DNA of 64,000 nt from Mobula hypostoma (Eukaryota): contig NC_086108.1 in assembly GCF_963921235.1 (NCBI RefSeq), forward strand, positions 16,864,001 through 16,928,000, in the 5' to 3' direction. Both the position numbers and the translations under genes were made by a program. A model generated the notes under the pieces. That model searched no databases, was not told where the DNA came from, and was given only the letters and a program-made list of their open reading frames with translations. Positions 38,516 through 51,389 of this stretch are shown here, piece by piece. Position 1 is the stretch's first letter. Each line of letters opens with the position of its first letter.

Positions 38516-40044
38516 ACTGTCCTTCTGACAAGCCTTTTGTGTTGGTTGTTCTAATGCAAACAATGCATTTCACTATATAGTATGTTTCAACGTGCAGGTG
38601 ATTTTGAAAAAAATCTAATCTGATCGAAACCATGGTTGCATCAGAGCTGTGGCCCATAATCCAGTGAAATTTCACTAAATCACTGTGGTGGATGGGTTTA
38701 CTTGTCCCTTCCAAGGCTTTTTCTACCTTATCTATAGTTCACATTATAAATAGTTTAATATCTGTCACCAAGAAAAATAACTCTTTCCTCAGCTCACAGT
38801 ATCTCTGTTGTGTCTTCTCTAGATGATATTGATAGCCTTCAAGAGTATTTCCTCATGTTTCGTACACTGGTCAAATGTTTTTAACCTTTGAACTCACCAA
38901 CGTATACAGCACATCCACTGGACAGCATCATCATTACCATCTTTATTCTAGCTAGCAAACACTGATCTCTATTTCCTTCACACATGCTTACGGTCCTGCT
39001 ACTCCTTAAAGCAGCAACATCACAAACTCAAGAATCTAAGTTTCTTTCTGTTGCTGCAAGCATAGGGGATTAGACAGTGGTAGAGATAGAAACAGTACAT
39101 CCTTTACTGAAAGCAGCATTTTGTGTGTGGTGCAGTAACTCTCAACCTAGATTGTCTGGAACAACAAGTCAAGGTCATGTCAAAACATATCCTGACAGTT
39201 ATATATAGAACATAGGCTTCTCCAGATTTATGTGCATCTTAAAACACATCTTAAATTTTAATCTAATTTTTTCTACTTTGAATGAAAACAGATACTGCCT
39301 GGCCTGTAAAGTACTTATAACACCCTTTGTCTTACTTTTAAGTTTTCTTTTCAAATAATATACAGCATTAGAAGTCAGACTTGTGCACTTTAAGCTTCTG
39401 TATAATTTCAAATATCTTAACTTGCATCTTAGCCATGCCATGTTGTGATAATTTCTGGAAACTAAGCGAGGGTTTCAAGTAATGGTTAAAAATTAAATTA
39501 TCAGGAACTAAAAAGCACACTGGGGTGAGCTATATAAAATGTAATTAAAAATAGAATATTTATCAGGAAAGGTCCTTCAGAGAAGAAAAGGATAAATGGT
39601 TCCACAGGGCACTTAAGACTTATTTCTGGGAAGAGATCTGGGAGCTCAGACTTGTCCAGAATGGGGAAGTAGCTGGCTGGAGCAGTGAAGTACAGACACA
39701 TTTTAGCAAATATGTTTTGGTTTGAGTGTATGGATCAAGGTGAGATCAATCCTCTCATCATATTATGCAGTTTGTTTTTTCTTCCTTCTTTATGAATGCT
39801 AATGTTAATATTTCATATTTCAATTATTACTGATTCTTCCTTTTACTGTGAAAGATTTAAGTTAAAATATGCTGTAAGAAAAATGGAATGATATAAATAT
39901 TTGATCATTTAACAAAATAACATCCCCCAAAAACTCAAGGGAATAGCAACAGTTCTACAAGCAGCTGAAGCCTGAAGTCCAAAAGGCAACCAGTGATACA
40001 TAAAAAAACAAATATTGGATGGAAAGAATACAGGAGATGAAACC

Positions 40045-40670
40045 ATTCAAAGTACAAAGTAAAATTATCAAAGTACATATATGTCACTATACACAACCCT
40101 GATATTAGTTTTCTTGCTGGCACTCACAGGAAATCCAAGAAACATAAAGAAAGACCACACCCAAAAGGACAGATAAACAACCAACATGCAAAAGGCAACA
40201 TACAGTTCAAATACAAAAGAAAAGATGGATGGATGGATAATGAGAACATGACATGAAGAGTACTTGAAAGTGAGCCAATAAGTTGTGGGAACAGGTCAGT
40301 GATGGGGGTGTGAAGTTATCCTCTCCGTTTCAAGAGTTTGATGGCTGACTAGTAATAACTGTTTCTGAACCTGGTGGTATGTGTCCTGAGGCTCCTGTAC
40401 CTTCTTCCTGATGGCAGCAGTGAAAAAAGCATGGCCTTGATGGTGGACGTCCCGGATGCTGCTTTCCTACAACAGCACTCTATGTATACATGCTCAATGT
40501 GGGGAAGGTTTTACCCATGCTGGACTGGGCCATATCTACTGCTTTTTGTAGGATTTTCCATTCAAGGGCACTGTTGCTTTCATACCAGACCATGATGCAA
40601 CCAGTCAATATACTCTCCACCACCATCTCTAAAAGTTTGTCAAAATTTTAAACATCATACCGAGTCTTCA
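40045..40670 (-). mobile_element. Rex1/Babar-type LINE 3' fragment
   Basis: Reverse strand encodes a PSGRRYRSLRT-type C-terminus, and the tail resembles 17975-18180. Confidence 0.65.
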
Positions 40671-41640
40671 GCATGACACTGATAATAATGACAAATCTGG
40701 GTTCTTGAGTGTTGTAACTAATAGCCATGAACGGAGGAAACTTTGTCAAAGTCAGAGAGCTAGTTAAAACCCACTAGAAAAGGCTCTTTCCAGAATTTCT
40801 CAACAATACTATCCCTGGCAAGATTACCTTTGATCTTATTAATATATTATTCAGCCTAGGCTTTCTGCAGAGCAACAGAAATTTAAAAGATCATTTGTCA
40901 ACTAAAAAACACACAAGGCCTTGAGCTCCCTAGTAAAGACTGGCAGAGAATAGCTTAAGTGATAAATTCACAACCTCATTCATCACAATTGGGAATATGA
41001 TGACATGCCAGGTAAATTCAGAGATACGACAATTGTGCCCTTCTTTAAGGAACACTAAACATCATCACCACTGCTCATGAGGTCAGAGAGCTGCTCCATG
41101 AAATGCATGAGCCATCTGTCCATCAAGGAACAAAATGGTCTGCACCTTTTAACAACTCCAAGAAAATGCAGGCAACAGCATCTACCATGAAACAAACCCT
41201 CAGTATTGCCAACTGAGGATCTATAGAAGTTTTTTCAGGTTTTGATGCAATAAAAGTGTATCCATTCTACCTGGAAAACACAAACTGCTTTGCATATGTC
41301 AGGAGCCACTGCTCAGCAAGACAGATAATAATGAATTAAAAATTACCATCAACTTCAAAAGAATATTGCAAATACTGAACATCCAGACAAAAGAACATGT
41401 GTAGCTCAGAGTCTTGAACTGGCACAAAGCTGATTGTTAAGCAGGCTGCAGTGATCGCTGTCCTCTTCTACACTTCACAGATTTGAACTATCTACACAAA
41501 ACACCTTAATGCAATGGAGATATACCATTGAATCCATAAAAATTTTCAAATCCACTGGCAGGATAAGCAAAGCAATTTCAGCATCTCAGCAAAAACAATC
41601 AAATCTCATGTCCAATACCAGATTCTACAATAAGCTTCTA

Positions 41641-41810
41641 CTGGGAAACTCAGCGGGTCGAGCAGCATCTGTGGGAGGAAAGAAACAATCGATGTTTTGA
41701 GTCAAAACCTGCTTCAGGACTGGCTTTCTTCCTTCCACAGATGCTGCTCAACCAGCTGAGTTCTTCCAGCAGATTATTTGTTGTTTCAAAGTCCAACATC
41801 TGCAGTTTCT
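41641..41810. mobile_element. Old foldback pLTR-derived element
   Basis: Imperfect inverted arms 41641-41685 and 41725-41769, with a tail on the right arm. Confidence 0.65.
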
Positions 41811-42517
41811 TGTATCTTTACTCTGTGCAGCACCTCAGCAAGAGATGACCTAAAGGACAGAGGAAATAATTCATGGATCTTCTCAAAGTGCCTTTGAAGA
41901 AAAAGCTAAATACTTAAACTACTGGAATTTCTGACTTCGGCTAATAATAGATAAAAATAATAAAAATGTTGGAGTTTTCAGAATGGCACCGAGAATCCAA
42001 TTTCTTCATGCAAAAATCTAGTGAAAATGCCAAAAGAATCTTTACAAAAAAAATCCACCATCAAGTACATCCTGCATCATCTGTGGCAGAGTCTTGCAGG
42101 TCCACGAGAACATTAAGAACTGGAGCATTAGCAAATCTTCCTCATTAAAGGCACTGATAAAGTAGAAACTTGTAGAAACATTGGGTCAAGTCAGCCCGGA
42201 CACAGCCTCCTACATTAATTTCCTATCTATGGATCCTCCTGTTTGGGTAAAGAGGCTCCACTGTTGAGAATATTGATTAGTTGGACTGAGTAGGGAAATT
42301 CCTCACCCATATCCAAATCTAATTGTAAATAGCACAGTGAAATTCGACACTGATTAGAGCCACCTTTTCTAAGTTTAAGATGTAGACCAAAGGAACAGAA
42401 TCAAAGTCCATGGTTGTTTCAGCTAAAATTTGAAAGGAATCAAAAATAGGGAACAAATTGCCACAAAAACACTTAAAAAATGCCTATTTTTATTCTGCCA
42501 AATTTAATGCATCCTTA

Positions 42518-43315
42518 TGTAATGCCTTGGGTAAGATTTCTACTGCTATGCTATGAGGTATTTTTATTTTAGCAAGTTTTCTGCTAGTAAAAACAGTGTT
42601 TCCTGCTAGGATGAGTGTTTTGGCTTCGACTAAAGACAAGGAGCCATGAGTCACATTAGGAACATGGTGTCAGCCAATCGGGCTTGTCATACGTGTCATC
42701 ATATACGTGTCATAACTTTCTGCCCAGTAGAACATCTGTGAGTGCTGCACTGAAGGGCAGTAGTCTGGTTTGGGGTCTTTTGGCGGGAGCTGCAGAGTAG
42801 GGCACAAGGTCTACCAAATGCCATTAAAGGAGAGACCCTGGTATAAGAAGTGCTTTGCTAGACAAAGGATTTTAAGAAGGAAAGTTCTACTTGTGGTTGG
42901 TGATAGGAATGCTGTGCCGTGAGTAAACTGATATACCCAGCTACTACAGAAATGAGCTCCTACGTTTATTTGTACTTTTAGACTGGTTAACTGTAAAGGG
43001 CCCTTTTCTTTCTTTCTCTCTTTTCCTGTTAATGCTTGATAAAGTTGAAAATAGGTAAATATACTTTCTTTATAGTTTTACACTGGTGCACAATCTGTCA
43101 TTTCTTAGTGACCAATAACTCTGTATGGGCAGCATTTACACAGCATTCGCCACAATCAACATCCCAACCTGCTGGTTTGATTGAATCCCAAATCATACCA
43201 ACCTTAGATGTATTGTGCTTATGTAAGGTGGTCTTCTCAACACTGAGTCATGTGGTTGTTAGCAGAGATAGCTAACAAGCCAAGATGGTGTATGAGCCCT
43301 GGTGAGAGGGTTACA
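42518..43315. mobile_element. Solo LTR, family B (798 bp)
   Basis: TGTAA...TTACA termini and 4-bp TSD CTTA at 42514-42517 and 43316-43319. Confidence 0.8.
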
Positions 43316-43846
43316 CTTACTTTTCATCTGTCTAAAACATTTACCTCTATTGGTCATTTTGCAGCCAATACAAAACATTCTGCCTTTGCTTCTTCTCAGG
43401 AGCTCAAACCACCAGCCTGGTATAAAGTTTATTTCTGAGAATCTGGTTACTAGCTTCAGCTCCAAAACATACAGTGTAAAAAGAAATTACATCATAGTTG
43501 CTCTCTTGTGCACCTCATTCACAACTATCATTTACATCACTCCTTTTGAATTTGTTCCTAAACGATGGAATAGTTATTTGTGAAAGAATATGCTATTGTA
43601 AGAGCATGAATCGGAATTATTTTGGTTTGAATAGTAAACATTCTACAATTATTAAAATTAAATTCTGTTCAGTACTAACATATTCCCCTTTCCTATTCTA
43701 TGCATTCTCTCTATTTTCTTCTTCCTGATACTATGATGTTGAATTCTGAATAATCCCCATATATGGGGATGCCTAGATAACATTATGCATCAAAAGCAAT
43801 AAAAAATGAGCTTTGCTCATCATTAGAGTAATATGAAAATCATTAC

Positions 43847-43898
43847 CTTCTAAAGATGGTGCTTGGTCTTGGGCTGCATACAGCATCTCTTTGAATGC
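43847..43898 (-). CDS. Candidate internal exon of host gene (52 nt, AFKEMLYAAQDQAPSLEx)
   Basis: Acceptor tgttttgtattgtag, donor AAG|gtaatg, open frame within an AT-rich unique stretch. Confidence 0.6.
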
Positions 43899-44639
43899 CT
43901 ACAATACAAAACATTTCTCATTAAATGTTTGCTCTAAATATAAACAGAAGGTACTGAAAATCTAACTTCAATGCAAGTTACAGTACACAGCATACTGTCA
44001 CTATGATATCTCAACTAGGATAGATTTACAGCTCTAATTCTTTAGTAAAGAGTTATGGCTCAGAATTTCTTAGCTAAAACCCAGTTTATAATTCAAATTT
44101 TATCCTGGTTTTCTCCATTTATATGCACAGACACAGAAAGGCCAATAAGTAAATGCACTATAAAATAGACAAGAACAGCGGAGCCTTCAAATGTCAGAGC
44201 AGGTTATAACCCAGCTATGGGCTATCTTTACCTGAGTCAACTGGGTAGAGAGTCTGGTACTAGAAATTTTCTGATATCTGTCTTCCCTGTTTCTATATAA
44301 CCTCTAAATCCGGTCCATCCTCCACTCACGATGGCCACTGGTTTCTGTAAACATCCTCCATTCCCACTCATTCAATGCCCTGCTGTGCCACGTCTTATAT
44401 AACGCCACCAACTCTCTACCCTAATTCCCTCCTGAATTTCAACCTTAGTACTCTAATAGACTAGCTACTTTTTAGCTGTCTTCTTGATGCTTGGCATCTT
44501 CTCATCTGCTCCAGTCTTCCCAAGAGCATCTTAGTCCTTCCTATCTCAAAATCCCTGTTTATTTGAATATAGTTAATCTCATTGTCTAACTTCCACAATT
44601 TGTATCCTGATCGCCAAAATCTTTCATCTTAAAATGAGT

Positions 44640-45298
44640 GACAATATCTCTAAGGACCTAATCTGGGTGCAACATAATGATGCAGCTATAAATAAGACAA
44701 GGCAGCAGCAATACTTCATTAAGATTTTGAGGAAATTTGGTTTGTCTACTAAAACACTCAAAAACTTCTACAAATGTACTGTAGAGAATATTCTGACTGG
44801 CTGCATCAGCATCTGGTATGGGACGGGGAAGAGCAGGCCACTGCACAAGATTGAAACAAGTTACAGAAACTTGTAAAATTAGTCAGATCCATTATGGGTA
44901 CTGGCCTCCGCAGTATCCAAGACATCTTGAAAGAGTGCTGCCTGAGGAAAGCGTCATCCATCAATAAGGATCCCCACCACCCAGAACATGTCCTGTTACT
45001 GTTGGGAAGGAGGTACAGAAGCTTGAAGGCAGACACTCAACGATTCAGGAACAGCTTCTTTCTCTCTGTCATCCAATCTCTAAATGGATATTGAACCCAT
45101 AAACACTATCTCACTACTTTTTTATTTCTGTTTTTTGCACTACTTGTTTTAACTCAACTATTTAATAGGCTTATATATACTTAATGTAATTCAGTATTTT
45201 CTCTATATTTATTGATCAAGTATTGCATTGTACTACTGCCATGAAGTTTAAAAAAAATTCATGAAATATGCCAGTGATATTAAATCTGATTCTGATAT
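44640..45298 (+). mobile_element. Rex1/Babar-type LINE 3' fragment
   Basis: FYKCTVENILTGCISIWYG..RRYRSLKADTQRFRNSFF and a CTGATTCTGA tail. Confidence 0.8.
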
Positions 45299-45494
45299 AG
45301 AAGTGACACAGCCATTTTCAATTCCTCCAACAAAAACATTCCTACCTCACCACGAGGTCAAAAGTAGAAATGCTGGCTAATGGTTGGACAATGTTCTATT
45401 CATTTATCAACTCTTTTGCAAGTGGAGCCATCCATACATGAAATCTCGCCAATATTCAGGAATGATCTGGTAGGTGGCAAGTAACAATTGAACT

Positions 45495-45830
45495 CATCGT
45501 TGTCGTGGCTATCCCTCAAGGTCGAGGATGATGGTCTTCGTTCTGTTGATCTACTTATGGGCTCTCAAGTGGCTTATGAGTCCAATCTGGGCTTTGAAAG
45601 TTCTTCCACGTTCAGGACAGGTAGTTCCAGATGGCAGATCAGGCTTTGGTTGTTGCTGCCTCTCTTTCCATTTTCTTCTCTTTTCTTCTAATTCTGCACA
45701 TCTGGTGGCTTCGAAAGTTGCTGTTCCTTCTCGGATGATGGCTTGCCAGAGTTTCCTGTCCTTGGCACTGGTTTCCCAATTGTCAACAGTTGAACTAAAG
45801 TGCCATAGAATGGCCATTTGCAACAAGTGA
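45495..45830 (-). mobile_element. RTE-clade LINE 3' fragment
   Basis: WETSAKDRKLWQAII..EEKRR..CPERGRTFKAQIGLISHLRAH, a degenerate C2H2 C-terminus. Confidence 0.8.
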
Positions 45831-46807
45831 GAGAATAACTATCCTCATTGGATTCAATAGGATTATAATTTCCAAATCTCCTCCCCCAACCCATTAAGCC
45901 TAGGGCTCACCACTGAACAGAAATTCAACTGGATAAACCACAAAAATATTGTGATTACAAAAGCAGGTTAGAACTGTATATCTAGCAATAAATAATTCAC
46001 ATCATGACACCTAAGGCCTTTCTATTAACTAACAAGGTACAAAGCAGGAGTGTAATGGGAAACTCTCCATTTTATGAATGCAGTGTCAACAACTCAAGTA
46101 GTTAATTATCCAGGACAAAGAAGACTGCATCATTGCCACATCTTCCATCATCAGTTCCCAGGGCTACTCAAGGACAAAGGCAAGAGGAGCATGGGAGCAT
46201 GACCACATGCTGGCACTGCTACAAATCAAGCAAAACACTAGCTTGGAATTACAATATGATTAAAAAGTTTTAAATAATCAACGTCTTAAAAACAAAATCA
46301 AAGTCTCTGCCTCAAAGTCACTCACTATTCACGAATACCTTGTTTGTTACACCTAAATGACAGTACCTCATGCCGTGAAAATTCTAGGCAAGACATTTCA
46401 AGTGTTTTCTGAAATGCTTTGTGGACAAAACACTTCTTCAGCATTCTTTATAAAATGCCTACTTATTAGCATAACATATTACAATGTGACTTGTAGTCAT
46501 TTTGCAAATTGCCAAAAAATGTTAAAGGCAGCAACTTGCTGAAAAACACACAAGCACAAACATCCGATGTATAGTGTTAACTAACTGGAAAACTCAAATC
46601 TAAAATGCACATGTATCTGATATTTTTCTGTATAATAATCTGAATCACTGGAAAAATTGTACTCAAAATGCACTATCTGCGCACCAATTTAAAAGCATGG
46701 TTTGTTTCACTCATAAAACAGCAGTTAATGGCGACCAAAATAAATTATGAAGTTTAGAATAAAGACTACTTAAATTATCAAACCAAATTTCCATATCTTG
46801 TATTAGA

Positions 46808-46936
46808 AACAAGAGAAAATCTGCAGATGCTGGAAATCCAAGCGACACAAAAATGCTGGAGGAACTCAGCAGGCCAGGCAGCATCTATAGAGAAAAGTAC
46901 AGTTGACGTTTCGGTCCGAAACCCTTCAGCAGGATT
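46808..46936 (-). mobile_element. PLE pLTR terminal fragment with degenerate hammerhead
   Basis: CTGCTGA-AGGGTTTCGGACC-GAAA-CGTCAACT plus the pLTR end. Confidence 0.75.
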
Positions 46937-46954
46937 TCTGGTTGCGTTTTAGAA

Positions 46955-48460
46955 CATAAAACCATGGACATAGGAACAGAATTAGGCCATTCAGTCTATC
47001 GAGTCTGCTCTGTATTCCATCAAGGTTGATTTATTATTCTCCTCAATCCCATTCACCTGCCTTTTCCCCTCATCATTTGATGCCTAACAAATCAAGAACC
47101 CATCAACCTTTAAATATTCTCAATAATTTGGCCTCCGCAGACGCCTGTGGCAATGAACTCCACAGATTCACGACCTTCTGGCAGAAGAAATTCCTCCTTA
47201 TTTCTGTTCTAAATGGATGTCCCTTTATTCTGAGGCTGCACCCTCTGGTCCTAGAAGTGCCCATTATAGGAAATATACTCCCCTCATACACTCTATCCAG
47301 AGCTTTTAACATTCAATAGATTTGAATGAAATCTTCCCCCCATTCTAAACTCCAGCAAGTACAGACCCAGAGCCATCAAATGCTACTCATATATTAACCC
47401 TTTAATTCCTGGAATAATTTTCATGAACTTCCTCTGGACCACCTCCAATGTCTGCACATCTTTCCTAAGGTAAGCTCAAAACTGCTCACAATACTCAGGT
47501 GCGGTCTGGCCAATGCATTATAAAGCCTCAGCATCACATCCTTGTTCTTATATTCCAATCCCCTCGAAATGAATGCTAATACTGCATTTGCCTTCCTTAC
47601 CACCAACTCAACCTGCAAGTTAACCTTTAGGGAATGCTACACAAGGACTCCCAAACCCCTTTGTACCTCTGATTTTTGAATTTTCTCTCTGTTTAGAAAA
47701 TAGTCTACAGCTTTATTTCTTCTATCAAAGTACATGATCATACTTATTTGCCCACTCTCTTAATCTATTTAAGTCCTTCTGCAGACTCCCCATTTCCTCA
47801 ACACTACTTGCCCCTCCACCTATCTTCGTATTGTTCACAAACTTGGCCACAAAGCCATCGATTCCATCATCCAAATCATTGACGTATAATGTGAAAAGAA
47901 GTGGTCCCAACACCGACCTCTGTGGAACACCACTAGTCACCAGCAGCCAACCAGAACAGGTTCCCTTTATTCACAAGAATTGTCTCCTGCCAGTCAGCCA
48001 ATCTTCTATCCATGTTAGTATCTTTCCTGTGGTACCATAGGCTCTTACCTTGTTTCGCAGCCTCATGTGCAGCATCTTGTCAAAAGCCTTCTAAAAACAT
48101 CCACTGACTCTCCTTTGTCTATCTTGCCTGTTAGTTCCTCAAAGAATTCCAACAAACACAATATTTTCACTTAAGAAATCCATGTTGACTTTGACCTATT
48201 TTATCATAGCCTCCAAGTACCACGAAAACTCATCTTTAATAATAAACTTCAACACTGAAGTCAGGCGAACTGGCTTACAATTTCCTTATTTCTGCCTCCC
48301 TTCCTTCTAACGAGTTCAGTAACATTTGCAATTTTCCAGTCCTCTGGAATCATTCCAGAATCTAGTGATTCTTGAAAGATCATTACTACAATTTCTTCAG
48401 CTACCTTTTCAGAACCCTGGGGTGTAGTCCATCTGGTCCAGGTGACTTTTATACCTTTAA
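46955..48460 (-). mobile_element. Degraded CR1 LINE
   Basis: [21 protein letters not shown] and LYNALARPHL, plus a CR1 3' UTR. Confidence 0.85.
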
Positions 48461-49050
48461 ATCAAATCAATTTTAATAATCATTCAAACCATACATACAT
48501 ACATACAGTGTTCCTCACTCAAAGCAGCAAGCAAACATTCAAACATAGCAAGTAACATTCAAAACAGTAAATAACACATTTCAAATAGCGAGCAGAGAAG
48601 CATATTCACTCGAAAAAACATATTTGGTCCAAGACCCTGAGCGACAACATCCAGCAATCGATGGTACTGTCTCCCAGCAGTGTACATACGCATGTAATCC
48701 AATCTGTCATTCCAGCACTCAAATGTGAGAGGGCAGCACTGATGGAAAAGGCCAGGCCCCAACCAAGCTGGAACGCCATGCTGTAAATACTTCCTTGTTT
48801 CTCACCTGGTCTGCAGCAGCAGGCAAGCCCGTGGCTTGAGGCCTAGGTCCTTACTACAACTGAGGCTGCACAGCTCTCATGTCATCTGTCCCTCCACCAG
48901 ACAAGAATAACAGGCCTGCGGCAACTTACATTATCACTGTCCAACAGAGTCTTGCAATCGCAAGTGAAATGTCTGAGACAATCTCCACAGTTATACTACA
49001 CCAGCTTCAATGCTTCTGAGTAGTGGGAGCAACATGGCCTGCAGCCAGGT

Positions 49051-49200
49051 CAGCTCCTCCACACCCAATGACTCCTCCAATATCCCGACGGGCTCCTCCA
49101 AACCCCAACTGGTTCCTCTGATATCCTGACGGACTCCTCCATACCCAAACCGACTCCTCAGATATCCCAACCAGCCCCTCTGACACTTTGGCCAGTTCCT
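49051..49200. repeat. Degenerate 20-21-bp minisatellite, about 7 units
   Basis: Recurring G(A/G)CTCCTC(C/T/A) core. Confidence 0.7.
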
Positions 49201-49771
49201 TCTCCACCATTCCAGCCTTAGCCGGCCCTTTCAACATCCACCGCTAACACGGTCCTGCTACTATGATCAAGAAGCAGCACACTGATAGGGTAGCACTTCA
49301 GTGTTCAATGCACTTGAAGTAGAATTGTCTTAGGATTGTAAAAACAAATTTTACAAAAAGAAAACATCTTTGGTTGGTCCCCAAGAGGCTGCTGCATTTG
49401 CATGTACTGCCATCTTACTGGAATCTCTTTTTTTCCCCCTTTTCAAAGTACCTTTGAAGACCCTGAAGTGGAGTTACACTCTGACTTCGGTTCTTTGCAG
49501 GAATGGGACCCACTCACAGGGCTTCAGGACCAGCCCTTTTGCTATCCCAAGGACGTGGCCTGGAAGGCACGTGCACCTTCAGGATTCTGGATTTTCGTAG
49601 GCCTGGAGACATGCTGATTCTAGGCCGGTACCCCTTATTGAAGCGTCGCATGGGGACATGGAACAGGTTAGCTGCCGGGGGTTGTGTGTAAGGAGAGCAG
49701 TGCCTTTTTGGTGCCGGCTCTTTAGGCGCAGAGCTCGTAAAAAGTGACAGAACAAACTTTTAACATCATAA

Positions 49772-50696
49772 TTCGGAGAAGGAAGTCTGAGAATCGGAGT
49801 GGGAGTGCGAAGGAATCCATTTTTGAATTTTTCATTTTTTTTCCATCGGCGTTCAGAGAGGCGGGACTGCGCAGGGGTGTGACGTCGGACAGTGAAGCGC
49901 GGAAGATTTAAAAGGAACAGAGCCTTATACAGCGGGCAGCGTAGTTTACGGCCTGCGGAGTGAGCGGGAGCAGTGTGAAGGCTTAAGGGCTTCGTCTCAA
50001 CGGACTTAGGTGGAAATGGGCGAGGCGAGGAAGGTTTGGTATTCGTTTTTTGTTGTTATTTGAGGAGAGGGGCAGTATGAGTGTGAGGGCAGTTTGTTGT
50101 TCTCGATGCCGGATGTGGGAGGTCCTGGAGTCTCCAAGCCTCCCGGACGTCCACATCTGCGACAGGTACACCGAGATGCAGCTCCTAAGGGACCGCGTTA
50201 AGGAACTGGAGCTGCAGCTCGATGACCTTTGTCTGGTCAGGGAGAGTGAGGAGTTGATAGAGAGGAGTTACAGGCAGGTGGTCACACTGGGGCCACGGGA
50301 CGGAGACAAGTGGGTCACAGCTAGGACGGGGAAGAGGAAGAGTCAGGTAATAGAGAGTACCCCAGTAGCTGTGCCCCTTGACAATAGGTACTCCTGTTTG
50401 AGTACTGCTGGGGAGGGGGGACAACTTACCTGGGGGAAGCGACAGTGGCCGTGCCTCCGGCACAGAGTCCAGCCCTGTGGCACAGAAGGGTAGGGAAAGG
50501 AAGAGGAGAGCAGTAGTAATAGGGGACTCGATAGTAAGGGGGTCAGATAGGCGATTCTGTGGACGCAGTCCAGAGACCCGGATGGTAGTTTGCCTCACTG
50601 GTGCCAGGGTCCGGGATATTTCTGATCGCGTCCAAGATGCCTTGAAGTGGGAGGGTGAGGAGCCAGAGGTCGTGGTACCAATGACATAGATAGGAA
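49772..50696 (+). mobile_element. 5' part of a full-length CR1 (5' UTR, ORF1 zinc finger/leucine zipper, start of SGNH esterase)
   Basis: ATG at 50077: MSVRAVCCSRCRMWE..LLRDRVKELELQLDDL, then AVVIGDSIVRG. Ends at GACATAGATAGGAA. Confidence 0.9.
49861..49915 (+). promoter_or_regulatory. Putative CR1 internal promoter
   Basis: CpG-rich, with a CRE-like TGACGTC at 49880 and a TATA-like TTTAAAA at 49907. Confidence 0.45.
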
Positions 50697-51389
50697 GTTG
50701 GAGAACAGATAGTTGCGTTCACCAGCAACTTTGATGGATATTGAGCTAAGTTGTCTTTATTTGCAGCCAGTTATCAGAGACTCCTTGTTAAATCTTAAAG
50801 TCCATTTTTCTTTCAGTCTTAACTGCATCGTCTCCAGTGCCCCTAAAATAGTTCCGAGACTTAAGATACAGTGGACTCAAGTGCTATCTAATCAGTGTTC
50901 AGTACCAGTTTTTCGATGTTCAACTTTTCGCTTGAAATAAATACTAGTGCTTGATTTGCTTTATTTATGAGCTTGAAATTTTGTGTGCAACTCTTAATGA
51001 TTGGCATATATGTACCCAGAGTTCTCTTCTATAACCCCTACCCCACATGGACTTGTACCATCCAAAAATCTGTCCTTTCTGTACTGCCCTGCATTTATCT
51101 TTGTAGGACTTTATTTACCAATTATTCACCAATTTATTTACCAATTCATATGTTAAAGTCTTCCTCACTCTTAACCGTAACATCAGTTTGGTATGAGCCT
51201 CAAAACTTAGAAACAGGATATTTGATTCCAGTTTTAATTATAAATTCAGCACTAATGACAGAAAATCTGAAGATACTGTAAATCCAAAGGAACACACACA
51301 AAATGCTGAAGGAACTCAGCAGGCCAGGCTGTATCAATGGAAAAGAGTAAACAGACAATGTTTCAGGCTGAGACTTCAGGGGAAGAAAG

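Larger units (their letters stand above)
33694..38540 (-). mobile_element. Long CR1 (APE end through 3' tail) hosting a nested CR1 and a solo LTR
   Basis: Collinear ORF2 pieces (IVGDFN, YRPVSLTSVVGK, YLDFQKA, VPQGSMLGP, KFADYT) on either side of the insertions. Confidence 0.9.

Noticed and set aside
39501..39701. Minus-strand exon candidate ASYFPILDKSELPDLFPEISLK
   Set aside because: The acceptor is phase-compatible but there is no convincing donor.
49800..50050. CpG-rich patch as a host-gene promoter
   Set aside because: It directly precedes CR1 ORF1 and is best explained as the CR1 5' UTR.
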